IMG/VR virus record: IMGVR_UViG_3300044719_000253
Location: 162,012-226,011 of that record
Source: a virus
Taxonomy: Duplodnaviria; Caudoviricetes
Strand: one strand, 5' to 3'
Length of the DNA stretch: 64,000 nucleotides
Positions 29,912 to 40,074 of the stretch are shown piece by piece. Each line of letters starts with the position of its first letter. Positions within the stretch are counted from its first letter, which is position 1. The position numbers were made by a program, and so were the translations under genes. The notes beneath the pieces are model-generated. The model was given only the letters and a program-made list of their open reading frames with translations. It made no database searches and had not been told where the DNA came from.

Positions 29912-32482
29912 TTAATTGACAATCTTCACGTGTTCGTTATACACACGCCCCGATGACAACACCACGTTACGGTCGTCCAACACACACATCTCGGCATTGG
30001 AGAAGGCCGAATAATTGGGCGCGTAGTGCGATATCATCCAGATCTGTGGACAATTAGAGTTGTCCACTTTCCACTTCAAGGCATTGGTGAACGAATCGCG
30101 ATGTTCATCGTCGAACGTTTTTCCAGCTTCATCAAACAAAAATGGAGTCTCAGCCAGATTCAAATAACGCAGCGCGATTTCCTTGAACGCCAAATCGATC
30201 ATCTCTTTTTGCCCTTCGCTGGCGAGGGAAATATCTTTGACGATATTGTCTTCGCGATCGACCATGAGCTTGAACTTGTAGTCCAATTCCACAGTCTGTT
30301 CCCGATTGGCGGTATCGTAACCGGTCGGGATGATTTGCAGCGGGTACAGCCAGATCTGATTGATATAAGTGTTCATCTGCCCCACGAACGCACGAATGAA
30401 GCCGAGCAGACCTTCTGCGATTAAGCCATGGGTGGGTGATAAGGCTTTCACCATGGTTTTGGCCGCTTGTTCCTGGATCTCGAAATCTGCCACTTGCTTC
30501 TTAAGGATTTCCACCAATTCCTTTTGACGTTTAGCCGCACGCAGCGACTCTTGCCGCAGGGTCAAGGCATTCTCCACTTCGCGCAGACAGTGCTGGATGC
30601 TTTCCCGCCGAAACGCTTCGATGTGGTCGTAGTGCTGTTGTTGCACGGCCGCATGTAAACGCTTGAGCTCTTCCCCGAGTTGCAAACCCGCATTGAGTTG
30701 GCGGCGGTATTCGGCATACTCTGCCACAGCACGTTGGACCTGGGATAAACTCGCCGTCAGACTCCCGAGTTGATCCGCCAGGGTGGCCATGTTGGCACGG
30801 ACCTCATTCAGATTCGCGTCACCCACTTCTTCGGCTTGGATACGTAGTTTCTTGAGTTCCTCCGCTGTGGTTTCCAGTTCCTGGATTTCCACTGAGATCA
30901 ACAAATCACGTTTGACTTGCTGTACCAGTGTGACCGCTTCCAACGGCGATTCAGCCAAGGTCTTGGAAGCGAGCAAATGTTCCCAGAACGGGCGCAAGAT
31001 GCCGATGGATTTGGTGTAGGCCATCACGTCACGGTACTGTTGGAAATACCCTTCCACCTCCACCATGTCTCGCTTCAACGCGTCATACACAGTTTGCTGA
31101 AGGCGTAACTTGGTTTCGGCGTCTTTGATCTCGGCCACCAATGCCGCATACTCGGTTTCATTGATTCCGATCACCCAAGTATGCTGACATTGTGGGCAAG
31201 TATGGCGATTTTGGCCCCGGTGCAGATCCGCATGGTCTTTCTGGGCGCGCAGGCGATGCAAGGCTTCGGTCCGTTGGTTAAGCACCTCGACCAAGGCCAA
31301 ATGCTGTTGTTGCATCCCGTCGTAACGGGCCCGGCCATACCGACGGCTACCGTGTTCGTCTTCGCTATTGATCGGCAACTCACGCAGCTGATCGATCAAC
31401 GGCGTCTCGATGGTTTCCAAAGCTTGCAGCGCGGCTTTAGCATCCGTGAAGACCAGTCCCAAGCGTAAGCGGTTCACCCGCTGGGAAATCTGTTGCTGGG
31501 TTTCCTCGATTCGTTTGGTCAAACTCTCGACCCCTTCGGCCCCGGTCTTCATCAAAATATCGTACTGACGTTGCAGCTTGTTAAACTGCTCGGTCACAGT
31601 GACCAAGGTCGCTTCACGGCCAGTGACGATATGCTTGAGGCGATCGATCTCTTGATCAATTTCATCCAGCGAGCGGATCGACACCCGTTTGATTTGTCCC
31701 CATTCATCGCGTTCCAACCGGCCGTCGGTGTAGGCGTACGGTACCACCACTTTGTTCCGCAGCAAGCGCATCGAGACATCGTTGAGGGCTTGCAAAGCTT
31801 GGGTGCGTTGATCCAGATAGTGCTGGGACGATTTCTCAACCGGGATCCGTTCGGCTTGCAGCACCTTCAGTTCCGCCAGTAACTCATCCACTTCTTGTTC
31901 CAGCTTGGCTTCTTCCGCGTCTGAGATGATCTTGGCGGTTTCCACCCCGAGGTTCTTCTTGTTCAGTTCGACCGCCCCGCCCAGTTGGGTCGCGCGCTTA
32001 CGCAGCTTATCGTAGGCTTCCAGGGCGAAGGTGGTGTCGGTATCACACAGCGAGATCAACCACTCACGTCGTTTTGCTGGCAGCAGTTGGGTGAACTTGA
32101 CAATCCCGCGCATCAGGTCATGCGAATCATCCGTGACATTGAAATACTTCTTGCACAGATCGCGTTGCACGGTGGCGGTGCCACCAGGATTGAGTTCCTC
32201 ACCGTCCATTAAGAAACTGTGTTCCATGTCCTTGTGCATCCGGCTGATGCATTCAAACGTGTGACCGTGGCTTTCGATGGTGATGCTTTTGTAGCCGCCT
32301 TTAATGAACGCTGAGGCTTCCGCAGGCAGCGGCGTGAGTTGGTCGAGCAGCGACGATTTTCCACAGCCATTGGTCCCCAGAATCAACTGGATATTCGAGC
32401 TCGGGGTAATGGTGATTTTACCAATCTCATTTAAGAGTATCCGCCGAAATCCGGATAATGTTAAAGAAAGTATGCGGTACAT
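29912..32482 (-). CDS. sbcC: SbcC/Rad50-like SMC ATPase (phiKZ gp165-like)
   Basis: Walker A GTNGCGKS, long coiled coil with CPQC hook, signature LASEGQ and Walker B FLFDEAG. Confidence 0.92.
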   Translation of the reverse strand: MYRILSLTLSGFRRILLNEIGKITITPSSNIQLILGTNGCGKSSLLDQLTPLPAEASAFIKGGYKSITIESHGHTFECISRMHKDMEHSFLMDGEELNPGGTATVQRDLCKKYFNVTDDSHDLMRGIVKFTQLLPAKRREWLISLCDTDTTFALEAYDKLRKRATQLGGAVELNKKNLGVETAKIISDAEEAKLEQEVDELLAELKVLQAERIPVEKSSQHYLDQRTQALQALNDVSMRLLRNKVVVPYAYTDGRLERDEWGQIKRVSIRSLDEIDQEIDRLKHIVTGREATLVTVTEQFNKLQRQYDILMKTGAEGVESLTKRIEETQQQISQRVNRLRLGLVFTDAKAALQALETIETPLIDQLRELPINSEDEHGSRRYGRARYDGMQQQHLALVEVLNQRTEALHRLRAQKDHADLHRGQNRHTCPQCQHTWVIGINETEYAALVAEIKDAETKLRLQQTVYDALKRDMVEVEGYFQQYRDVMAYTKSIGILRPFWEHLLASKTLAESPLEAVTLVQQVKRDLLISVEIQELETTAEELKKLRIQAEEVGDANLNEVRANMATLADQLGSLTASLSQVQRAVAEYAEYRRQLNAGLQLGEELKRLHAAVQQQHYDHIEAFRRESIQHCLREVENALTLRQESLRAAKRQKELVEILKKQVADFEIQEQAAKTMVKALSPTHGLIAEGLLGFIRAFVGQMNTYINQIWLYPLQIIPTGYDTANREQTVELDYKFKLMVDREDNIVKDISLASEGQKEMIDLAFKEIALRYLNLAETPFLFDEAGKTFDDEHRDSFTNALKWKVDNSNCPQIWMISHYAPNYSAFSNAEMCVLDDRNVVLSSGRVYNEHVKIVN

Positions 32483-32554
32483 AGACGCTTTCTAATATGG
32501 GCCTTTTACAGAACATACACAGCAGGAATCATTTTTCATTGGAAGGAGTTCGCC

Positions 32555-33463
32555 ATGCCATTGGCAGGTCAAGCATCCGAGTTAAAGTTTTACTCGTACG
32601 GCATCGTGGCCGAGAATAAAAAGCTCGACAGCAAAGTCGTCGAGATCACGCCGGTCGAAGACCTTACCATGCTCGATGGTGAAGTGAAGTCCGGCTTGGT
32701 GACTAGCACCGTCACCAGTACCGATGACCAAGGGGGACAAACCCAGATCCAAAGTACCACTGCCAATAGCGTGCCGGCTACCTGGATCCCACTCGGCAAT
32801 GACAACCGCTTCACCGCCCCCGACGTGCGGCGTGGCGCTGCGGTGATTCTGTATCGCTTTTCTGACCGCCAGGAGTTCTTTTGGACGACCCTGATGGATG
32901 ATTTGAAACTGCGGAAGCTGGAAACCGTGATCTATGCCTGGAGCGCGACACAGAAAGAAGGCGCTGAAGTCAATGGTGACAGTTACTATTTCCTGGAAGT
33001 GTCCACCCACCGCGGCGTGGTGCGTTTTCACACCAGCCAAGCCAATGGTGAATTCTGCGCGTACGATATCGAAATCAATGCTAAAGACGGTGTCATCCAG
33101 TTCGTCGATAACGTAGGCAACTTCATCATGTTGGATTCCCGAGAACATCAGATCTCGGCCAAGAATGCAGATGACTGTTACATTGATCTCAACAAAAAGA
33201 ACCTCACCATCCAAGTTCCGGAAACCTACACTTTGCGAGCCAAAAACAAGGTGGAAGAAATCGGCGAGACCGTGAAGATCACTTCGGGCAATAGCATCAC
33301 CGAAAACACCAAAACATACCAAGTCACCGCTTCCGACAGTTTGCAAGAACACGCCGGCAGTTACAGTTTGAATTCTGATGGCGCCATTAGCGAAAAGGCG
33401 GGCGGCCATATCGACATCGATGGCAATGGGGTGAAGATCAGTAGAGGCGTCGCACTCGCATAA
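32555..33463 (+). CDS. Baseplate central spike protein (phiKZ gp164-like)
   Basis: OB-fold-like N-terminus (FTAPDVRRGAAVILYRF), beta-repeat C-terminus, directly upstream of PAAR. Confidence 0.8.
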   Translation: MPLAGQASELKFYSYGIVAENKKLDSKVVEITPVEDLTMLDGEVKSGLVTSTVTSTDDQGGQTQIQSTTANSVPATWIPLGNDNRFTAPDVRRGAAVILYRFSDRQEFFWTTLMDDLKLRKLETVIYAWSATQKEGAEVNGDSYYFLEVSTHRGVVRFHTSQANGEFCAYDIEINAKDGVIQFVDNVGNFIMLDSREHQISAKNADDCYIDLNKKNLTIQVPETYTLRAKNKVEEIGETVKITSGNSITENTKTYQVTASDSLQEHAGSYSLNSDGAISEKAGGHIDIDGNGVKISRGVALA

Positions 33464-33474
33464 GGGGAACAGGT

Positions 33475-33732
33475 ATGAGCAATATTGCAAAGTTGGGTGA
33501 TCAAAGTGATCATGGCGGCACTATCATCCAAGCATCGGGTGGATTTACGGTGGACGATATCGCGGGTGTGGTGGACGGCGATCTGCACCAGTGCCCGATT
33601 CACGGTCACGGCACTACCTCGATTACGGCCACAGGCAATGCAACCGGCAATGGGCGTGGGATTGTCCGCAGTGGCGACAAAGCGGGATGTGGTGCGACGA
33701 TCATCGGTACGGGATCTGGAACACTCGATTGA
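33475..33732 (+). CDS. PAAR-like spike tip protein
   Basis: AKLGDQSDHGG, VDGDLHQCPIHGH and RSGDKAGCGATI. Confidence 0.9.
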   Translation: MSNIAKLGDQSDHGGTIIQASGGFTVDDIAGVVDGDLHQCPIHGHGTTSITATGNATGNGRGIVRSGDKAGCGATIIGTGSGTLD

Positions 33733-33776
33733 ACGCATACTCCAGCTACCCCTGTGGGTAGCTGGAGCTTATGCCG
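33733..33776. terminator. GCATA...TATGCCG family hairpin
   Basis: 12-bp stem CTCCAGCTACCC/GGGTAGCTGGAG between convergent genes. Confidence 0.7.
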
Positions 33777-35021
33777 TTAAGGTAAATAGAAGTCGCTGCC
33801 AATCAGCTGGAAACAGGCTTGCGAATTACTGTAGCCGAGTGAGATGATATCAGCACTGCTGACCGACACCTGATCCCGGGTGACCACGGTTTCAAAGTTT
33901 TTATGGCCTTGCCATGCGCCGTTGGTATTGATGGAATACTGGTCCGCCTCTTTACGTGGCCAGTACACCTCATGGCGCCCCCGCCCCAGCAGCAACGGAT
34001 AGATCGGTTTGGTCATGGCTGTGTATACCCCGATCAACGGCGATTGCCGCAATTCAATCGTGTCAGTGAAGATGTCAGTATTGTCGAGCACCACCAGGAA
34101 AGTTTGCGACAGCTGTAGATACTTACGCAGTACAGCATCACTGAACAAACTGTTGAGACTGATCTGGTCAGGATTCGTGGGCGCGGTCTCAACCCCGAGG
34201 CTATCCAAGTCGATCACTTTGTACGATTCGTAGTAACGCTCCACCAACGGAATCTGGCCAAAATCGATCCCGAATGCCCCCAGACCGACTCGGAAGAAGG
34301 TGCGGTTATCCGGCAAATGCAGATAGCCCCCCAACACCAACAACACGGTTTTGTTACTGAGATCCAGTCCCGTTTTGATGTAGCAGTTCGTCTTGAGCTG
34401 TTGCTCGGGGCGTTGGGTATAGATCATGTCATCCGTAATCGGGATGAATGAGAGCTTACCCAGTGCCAGGAAGTCAAGCAACCCGACTTCATTACGACCC
34501 GACTTCAAGCAGGTCTTCATGCCATCGGTGATGTACAAGCCTTCTGGGCTATGGTCGGTCTGATGATAAAACCCATTCACATTGGCCAGCACATGATCGT
34601 ACACCAGCTGATAATCCTGATCAGTCTTGGTGAGCAAGGCATGGGTCTTGTCTCCCACGGGCAAGGTCGAATCCGGCGCGATGGTGGGGTGAGTCGGGGT
34701 GATCTTGTACCCCGAGCGCACGACATCCGAAAAGTAGGCATACCGGGTGTTGATAGTGGGGACGCTGTCCGAGGTTGGCAGTGAATTGCTGCCTTGGCTG
34801 GCCAACCAATCATTGAACGTCAGGGTCGAACTACCGAGGTCGGCCCGGAACCCTTCCAAGTCCAAACTGACCGACTGGGTCAAGACCGCGTTGTTGAGAA
34901 TCGCGATGACTTGACTGAAATCGCTGAATAAAACATTGAGCGGGACATTCTCAATCCCCATGGTGCGCCAACGACTGTTCGTACCAAGCGGTTTGACGAG
35001 GGCAGAAACCAAGCTGTACAT
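33777..35021 (-). CDS. Probable virion structural (baseplate) protein
   Basis: 414-aa beta-rich ORF among baseplate and fibre genes. Confidence 0.55.
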   Translation of the reverse strand: MYSLVSALVKPLGTNSRWRTMGIENVPLNVLFSDFSQVIAILNNAVLTQSVSLDLEGFRADLGSSTLTFNDWLASQGSNSLPTSDSVPTINTRYAYFSDVVRSGYKITPTHPTIAPDSTLPVGDKTHALLTKTDQDYQLVYDHVLANVNGFYHQTDHSPEGLYITDGMKTCLKSGRNEVGLLDFLALGKLSFIPITDDMIYTQRPEQQLKTNCYIKTGLDLSNKTVLLVLGGYLHLPDNRTFFRVGLGAFGIDFGQIPLVERYYESYKVIDLDSLGVETAPTNPDQISLNSLFSDAVLRKYLQLSQTFLVVLDNTDIFTDTIELRQSPLIGVYTAMTKPIYPLLLGRGRHEVYWPRKEADQYSINTNGAWQGHKNFETVVTRDQVSVSSADIISLGYSNSQACFQLIGSDFYLP

Positions 35022-35115
35022 GATGAAATCATCCTTCTTTTGAGAAATTATATAGTCGCCGGGACCTTAGCATAGGATGATCCGGCATCACCCTTGACCT
35101 CTTTGAAGGCCCTAC

Positions 35116-36348
35116 ATGACCACCTTAGCTAACCTCACTTACGCCTTTGATCCCACGGGTCAACTCAGCGCCAACCGTATCACGGGTGAGCTGCAAGCAC
35201 TCACGGGCGCGGGTGCCGCCTACACGTTTGTGATTCCCCGCCTCGCACCGTTTTTCGGCGAAAGTATCTCGCTCAGTTTCAAAGATTTGCAGGGCAATAT
35301 TCGACCGATGGTGCTGGGGGTAGATTACTATTTATCGCACACCTTCATCGGCGCGTCACGCGCCTGCAGTAAACCGGTATATGGTTCGATCACGATCCTC
35401 AATACCGAATTGGTGGGCACCCTGATTTTCGCCCCGTACCAAATCGTTGGGGGTGAATGGGCGCTCGATGCGGCCACCATCACGGCGATTCTGGCTGATC
35501 AAATCCATAACCCGCGCACCACCAGCTGGGATATGGTCGCGGGTTATCCGTCGATCTTCCCGCCAACTCCGCATGCCTGGAATCTGCAAGACATGGTCGG
35601 GATGAGCGCGATCGTGGCCGCCCTCAACCAGATCACCGACGCGATTCTGACCCAAGCCAGCAGCACCCTGACCACGCACGTCAATGACCATAACAACCCA
35701 CACGGGGTGACCGCCGATCAAATCGGCGCCATGACGTCAGGCCAAGTCGCGATGGCGATCCAAAGTGCACTGGTGGGGGTGGCGTCAAATACCGACAAGG
35801 TCCCCGAAGGTGATGTCAATAAGTACTTCACTGAAGCGCGGGTTTTGGCAACACGGCTGGCTAACCTTCAGACTCTGACCGCCCAAAACCTGGCCGAAGG
35901 TGATACGGTGTTGACCGCACTGGAGAAACTGCAAGGTCAGTGTCAAGCGCTGCTGGATGCGCTCGGTAAAAAGGCCAATAGCGCACGACCTGCTTTCAGT
36001 GGCCTGGGCTCGCAAAACACGGTCGCAATCGACATGACCACCACCCTCGCCATCGATATCTCGCTGAGCGAAGCGTTTATCGTGAATATCAAGGGCAATG
36101 GCGCGATCGGTTTTAACACCAATAGCGTCGGTGACATGACTGGCCGTCTGGTCGAATTCGCCGTCACCACGGTCAACGACAATAGCGGAAACAGTTACGC
36201 CATCGCGTGGCCGTCGAATGTCAAGTGGGTCGATGGTGCACCCCCTCCCCGTTCCACCGCCGCTGGTGCCAAAGATATCTGGTACTTCGTCTCGGATGAC
36301 AACATGGTCACGTGGACTGGTTCGCTGTCCAACGCTAACCCGCGCTAA
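35116..36348 (+). CDS. Tail fibre base/adaptor protein (phiKZ gp145/146-like N-terminus)
   Basis: N-term YAFDPTG...NRITGE...VIPRLAPFF, HVNDHNNPHGVTADQIGA fibre repeat, C-term IAWPSNVKWVDGAPPPRS fibre domain. Confidence 0.75.
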   Translation: MTTLANLTYAFDPTGQLSANRITGELQALTGAGAAYTFVIPRLAPFFGESISLSFKDLQGNIRPMVLGVDYYLSHTFIGASRACSKPVYGSITILNTELVGTLIFAPYQIVGGEWALDAATITAILADQIHNPRTTSWDMVAGYPSIFPPTPHAWNLQDMVGMSAIVAALNQITDAILTQASSTLTTHVNDHNNPHGVTADQIGAMTSGQVAMAIQSALVGVASNTDKVPEGDVNKYFTEARVLATRLANLQTLTAQNLAEGDTVLTALEKLQGQCQALLDALGKKANSARPAFSGLGSQNTVAIDMTTTLAIDISLSEAFIVNIKGNGAIGFNTNSVGDMTGRLVEFAVTTVNDNSGNSYAIAWPSNVKWVDGAPPPRSTAAGAKDIWYFVSDDNMVTWTGSLSNANPR

Positions 36349-36366
36349 TAACAAAGGTACATCAGC

Positions 36367-38616
36367 ATGAGTCGTCTTACTAAACAACTCAGGCGAGAAA
36401 AGACCAATGCCAGGATCGTTCCGAATACCTCGGTGTTTAATGCACCCGGTACGGTGGTCCTGCCATATGGTAAATTTCACGTCATCGTGTCGGGCACTGG
36501 GTCACCCGGCAGTGCGCCGGTACCTGGGAATGCCCAGTACAATCCACCCACCCCGGGCAATATCGCCGGTTATAATCCGGTCACCCCCGGTAACATCAGT
36601 GGCTATAATCCAGTGTCACCCGGGAATCTGACGTATAACCCCACGACGCCGGGGAATGCCAACTATAACCCGACGGTGCCTGGAAATGTGGCTTCCTACA
36701 ATCCCCCGACCGGTGGCACTGTGGCGGGTTATAACCCCGTGGTACCGGGTTACAGCTATACCAACCCCGGCACATATACCCCGGGTAACTATGTGCCGGC
36801 GTCGTATACACCGGGTAACACGTCGTATAATCCCAACAGCTATACGCCAGGGAACTTGGTGCCGGCCAGCTATACCCCGGGTAACCCCTACACCAACCCA
36901 CCGACCTTCGTACCCGGCAACACGTATACCAATCCACCGTCATATGTGCCGGGCAACACCAATCCGGCGTCGTACAGCGAGTTGGATATCGCGATGACGC
37001 AAAACTGTCCGGTTGGCTGGGACACCGGGTACGATTACAACGATCTGGGTAAACCCTTCAAGGTGTGTACCACGTATAGCCCGGGAACCACCAACCCCGG
37101 GACGTACACGCCAGGGAATACGACGTCCAACCCAGGTTACACCACACCCGGCAACAGTGCCACCAATCCCGGTTCGTATTCGCCGGCGTATTACAACCCG
37201 CCGACATACACCGCAGGGACGGCATACACCAATCCGGGTTCGTATTCGCCCGCCTACACCAACCCAGCGTCGTACGTACCCGGCAACACGGGTTCGAATC
37301 CGACTACGGGCGGTACGGCTAACTATAATCCGACAGTGCCGGGCAATGCCAACTATAATCCACCCAGCGGTGGCACGGTAGCGGGCTACAACCCGGTAGT
37401 ACCTGGCAATGTGGTTACCAACCCGGGCACCCCGCCATCCGGTGGCAATCCGGTGTACAACCCGACTACGGGGGGTACCGCGAATTATAACCCCCCAACC
37501 GGTGGTACGGCGTACTACAATCCGCCAACGCCAGGCAATATCGCGTATAACCCGCCGACCCCTGGGAATGTAGCGAACTACAATGCACCTACCGGTGGCA
37601 ATCTGGCCAACTATAATCCACCCAGCCCAGGGAATTATGCGGGTACCAACCCCGCCACACCAGGTAACGTGTCTGGCTATAACCCGGTACAACCGGGCAA
37701 TGTGTCCGGTTATAACCCGCCGACGCCGGGTAACTATGCGGGTACCAACCCCGTAGTCCCAGGTAACATCAGTGGATATAATCCGCCGACGCCGGGTAAC
37801 AGCTACACGGTACCCGGGAACTATGTGCCAGCTTCGTACACCCCCGGCAACACCAACCCGGGCTCGTATGCGCCGGGTAACCCCGTGACCTATTCACCCA
37901 CCTACACGCCGGGTAACGTGAATACGGACCCGCAGTATGCAGAAGTGAATATGGGCACGCCCTGCCCAGCAGGTTGGGCATTTGCGTGGACCAATCCCCC
38001 CAACTATGAGGGCAACCCGAACTACGTTCAAACCACCGAATGTATTCTGGATGCCGGCACCACCAATCCGGGGACGTACACGCCAGGTTACACCAGCTAC
38101 AATACGTACAATGCGCCGTCATATGTGCCCGGGAATACCAACCCCGGTAACTACACACCAGCGTATACCAACCCAAGTAATACCGCATACAACCCTACGG
38201 CCGATGGCACGGCGAATTACAATCCACCGACGGGCGGCAATGCGAGTTATAACCCGGCAACCCCGGGTAACGCAACATATAACCCAGCCACACCTGGCAA
38301 CGCCAATTATAATCCAACGACCCCTGGCACGGCGTATTACAACCCGACCACACCGGGGACGGCAAATTACAATCCGGTTACCCCAGGTAACGCCAACTAT
38401 AACCCCACGACGCCGGGGAATGCCATCTATAATCCGACCACGCCCGGAGCGGCTTCGGCACCGTTCCAAGCGTTGGGGGTCACGTTCCCCGGCGCCCCGG
38501 CGGCGACACCTGGCAATTATGTGGCAGAGCATGTGATCAATGTGGCGTATTCCGCCAATGGTGTACCGGTAACTGTGGGACCCGGTGCCCAGGTGATTAT
38601 CAAACAACAGTTCTAA
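36367..38616 (+). CDS. 749-aa Pro/Asn/Tyr/Gly/Thr repeat protein, putative fibre or appendage subunit
   Basis: About 30 (N/T)xx(x)YNPxxPG units and about 20 (S/T)YxPG units, two CPxGW...C inserts, and short non-repetitive termini. Confidence 0.85.
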   Translation: MSRLTKQLRREKTNARIVPNTSVFNAPGTVVLPYGKFHVIVSGTGSPGSAPVPGNAQYNPPTPGNIAGYNPVTPGNISGYNPVSPGNLTYNPTTPGNANYNPTVPGNVASYNPPTGGTVAGYNPVVPGYSYTNPGTYTPGNYVPASYTPGNTSYNPNSYTPGNLVPASYTPGNPYTNPPTFVPGNTYTNPPSYVPGNTNPASYSELDIAMTQNCPVGWDTGYDYNDLGKPFKVCTTYSPGTTNPGTYTPGNTTSNPGYTTPGNSATNPGSYSPAYYNPPTYTAGTAYTNPGSYSPAYTNPASYVPGNTGSNPTTGGTANYNPTVPGNANYNPPSGGTVAGYNPVVPGNVVTNPGTPPSGGNPVYNPTTGGTANYNPPTGGTAYYNPPTPGNIAYNPPTPGNVANYNAPTGGNLANYNPPSPGNYAGTNPATPGNVSGYNPVQPGNVSGYNPPTPGNYAGTNPVVPGNISGYNPPTPGNSYTVPGNYVPASYTPGNTNPGSYAPGNPVTYSPTYTPGNVNTDPQYAEVNMGTPCPAGWAFAWTNPPNYEGNPNYVQTTECILDAGTTNPGTYTPGYTSYNTYNAPSYVPGNTNPGNYTPAYTNPSNTAYNPTADGTANYNPPTGGNASYNPATPGNATYNPATPGNANYNPTTPGTAYYNPTTPGTANYNPVTPGNANYNPTTPGNAIYNPTTPGAASAPFQALGVTFPGAPAATPGNYVAEHVINVAYSANGVPVTVGPGAQVIIKQQF
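36529..38448 (+). repeat. Coding tandem repeats of 27-36 nt, synonymously diverged
   Basis: Recurrent AAY CCN NNN NNN CCN GGN units visible in the DNA. Confidence 0.9.
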
Positions 38617-38633
38617 AACTAGAGGAAATCAAC

Positions 38634-39251
38634 ATGAACCACCCCGTCCGTTACACGATTCCGCAGCGTACATTCGAATACAAATCGTACGTAGAACTTT
38701 TCAACGCGTTCAACAAAGAAGAATGTGCGCGTATCAAAGATCTGGGCGATCTGATGGTGTTCCAAACCGGTTTGGTCGGCAACAATGTGACTGATACGGT
38801 GGCGCGCGATTCAAAGATTGCTTGGATCAATGATGACCCGGCCCTGCCGGCACTGGACGAGCGCCGTCAACTGATCGGTAAGATGGCGGACATCGCCGGG
38901 ATGGTCAATCGTGACAAGTTCCAGATGCTGATCGACAGTTTCTACCCCCTGCAATTTACCAAGTACGGCCTGAACCAGCATTATGATTGGCACGTCGATG
39001 CCCATGAAAATCTGGAAACCACCGAACACCGCAAGCTGTCCGCCGTCCTGATGCTCACCGGACCAGACGAGTATGAAGGTGGTGAACTCGAACTGAACAT
39101 CGGTGGCAACCCCGATAATACCGTGCTGTTGAAGCCGGAAGCCGGTACCGTGGTGTTCTTCTATTCGTTCGTGGCCCACCGGGTGCGTCCGGTCACGAGC
39201 GGTAACCGCGCCTCGATCGTCATGTGGGCCCTGGGCCCGAAGATTTGCTAA
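38634..39251 (+). CDS. 2OG-Fe(II) dioxygenase (prolyl hydroxylase-like, P4Hc/PiuC group)
   Basis: YDWHVD (HxD), RKLS, YEGGEL, AHRVRPVTSGNRAS (distal His and 2OG-binding Arg). Confidence 0.9.
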   Translation: MNHPVRYTIPQRTFEYKSYVELFNAFNKEECARIKDLGDLMVFQTGLVGNNVTDTVARDSKIAWINDDPALPALDERRQLIGKMADIAGMVNRDKFQMLIDSFYPLQFTKYGLNQHYDWHVDAHENLETTEHRKLSAVLMLTGPDEYEGGELELNIGGNPDNTVLLKPEAGTVVFFYSFVAHRVRPVTSGNRASIVMWALGPKIC

Positions 39252-39261
39252 GGGTAGAAGG

Positions 39262-40074
39262 TTGATTATGCTGAACCGTTTGATTCGTTTTTTATTGACT
39301 GAAAGCCGTCTGAGTGAAATGGGGTTGCGTGAAGTCACCCAGGAAGACTTGGACGCGCTGTTGCCGGTGATCGAGTTCTCGATCGAGCCACAATGGAATG
39401 GGGTGCTCAAGCCCCCCGTGCCGGCATATAAGCACATCGCGGACTGGTGGAAGAAGATTCCGGCGCAGATGCCACGTCAAGGCAATGCCCCGCGGGATCA
39501 ATTCGGCGACGTGGCGATGACGGCGAAAAGCTGCATCCCGCTGCTCGATGGCATGGGATTGGGGTACACCATGACTTTAGCCGCCGATGTGCATGTGCGC
39601 ACCGACCCGGAAGGCAAGTTCTTAGAAGTGCGCTCGGGCCCGGCCTTCAATGCCGCGTCAACCCACTCGAAGGATCAGTTGGGGAATCACTACCCGACTT
39701 ATCCGATGCCGGCGATCAAGTTCCACAATCCGTGGGTGATCCGCACCCGTCCCGGGTACTCGACGCTGTTCATTCCACCCCTGAACCGTGTGGAAGAAAC
39801 CCGGTTCCAGTGCTTGGGTGCCGTGGTCGACACTGACACCTACGATAAGCAAGTTAACTTCCCGGGCCTGTGGTTTGCCAAGGGTTACGATGACATGGTG
39901 GCCGCAGGAACCCCCTTGGTCACCGCCATTCCGTTTAAACGGGCGGATGTGCCACGGGAACTGTTGTTGCGTAACATGACCGCGGCTGAGCAATTCCGCA
40001 TCGAGCAAATGGCCAAGATCCAAAACTCGCGGCAAGGGATGTACACCCGTGAGCTGCGGGAGGATCGTCGATGA
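39262..40074 (+). CDS. DUF6065-like / dUTPase-like-fold protein
   Basis: TAKSCIPLLDGM..GY, KFHNPWVIRTRPGYSTLF, VVDTDTY...VNFP and GTPLVTAIPFKR. Confidence 0.6.
   Translation: MIMLNRLIRFLLTESRLSEMGLREVTQEDLDALLPVIEFSIEPQWNGVLKPPVPAYKHIADWWKKIPAQMPRQGNAPRDQFGDVAMTAKSCIPLLDGMGLGYTMTLAADVHVRTDPEGKFLEVRSGPAFNAASTHSKDQLGNHYPTYPMPAIKFHNPWVIRTRPGYSTLFIPPLNRVEETRFQCLGAVVDTDTYDKQVNFPGLWFAKGYDDMVAAGTPLVTAIPFKRADVPRELLLRNMTAAEQFRIEQMAKIQNSRQGMYTRELREDRR

Noticed and set aside
22281-32482. Inteins in the RecA-like, RNase H or SbcC genes
   Set aside because: Lengths are ordinary, and no C/S...HN-C/S/T splice motifs or LAGLIDADG blocks were seen.
37291-37301. tRNA T-loop-like GGTTCGAATCC
   Set aside because: It lies inside the repeat CDS (Gly-Ser-Asn-Pro) with no cloverleaf around it. 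No tRNA was seen in the window.
36529-38448. CRISPR array or DGR-like repeats
   Set aside because: Repeats are in-frame, vary at synonymous positions and have no constant repeat/unique spacer pattern. No cas or reverse transcriptase gene is in the window.
36529-38448. Ice-nucleation protein or RNA polymerase II CTD mimic
   Set aside because: There are no AGYGSTxT octamers and no true YSPTSPS heptads. The similarity is only compositional.
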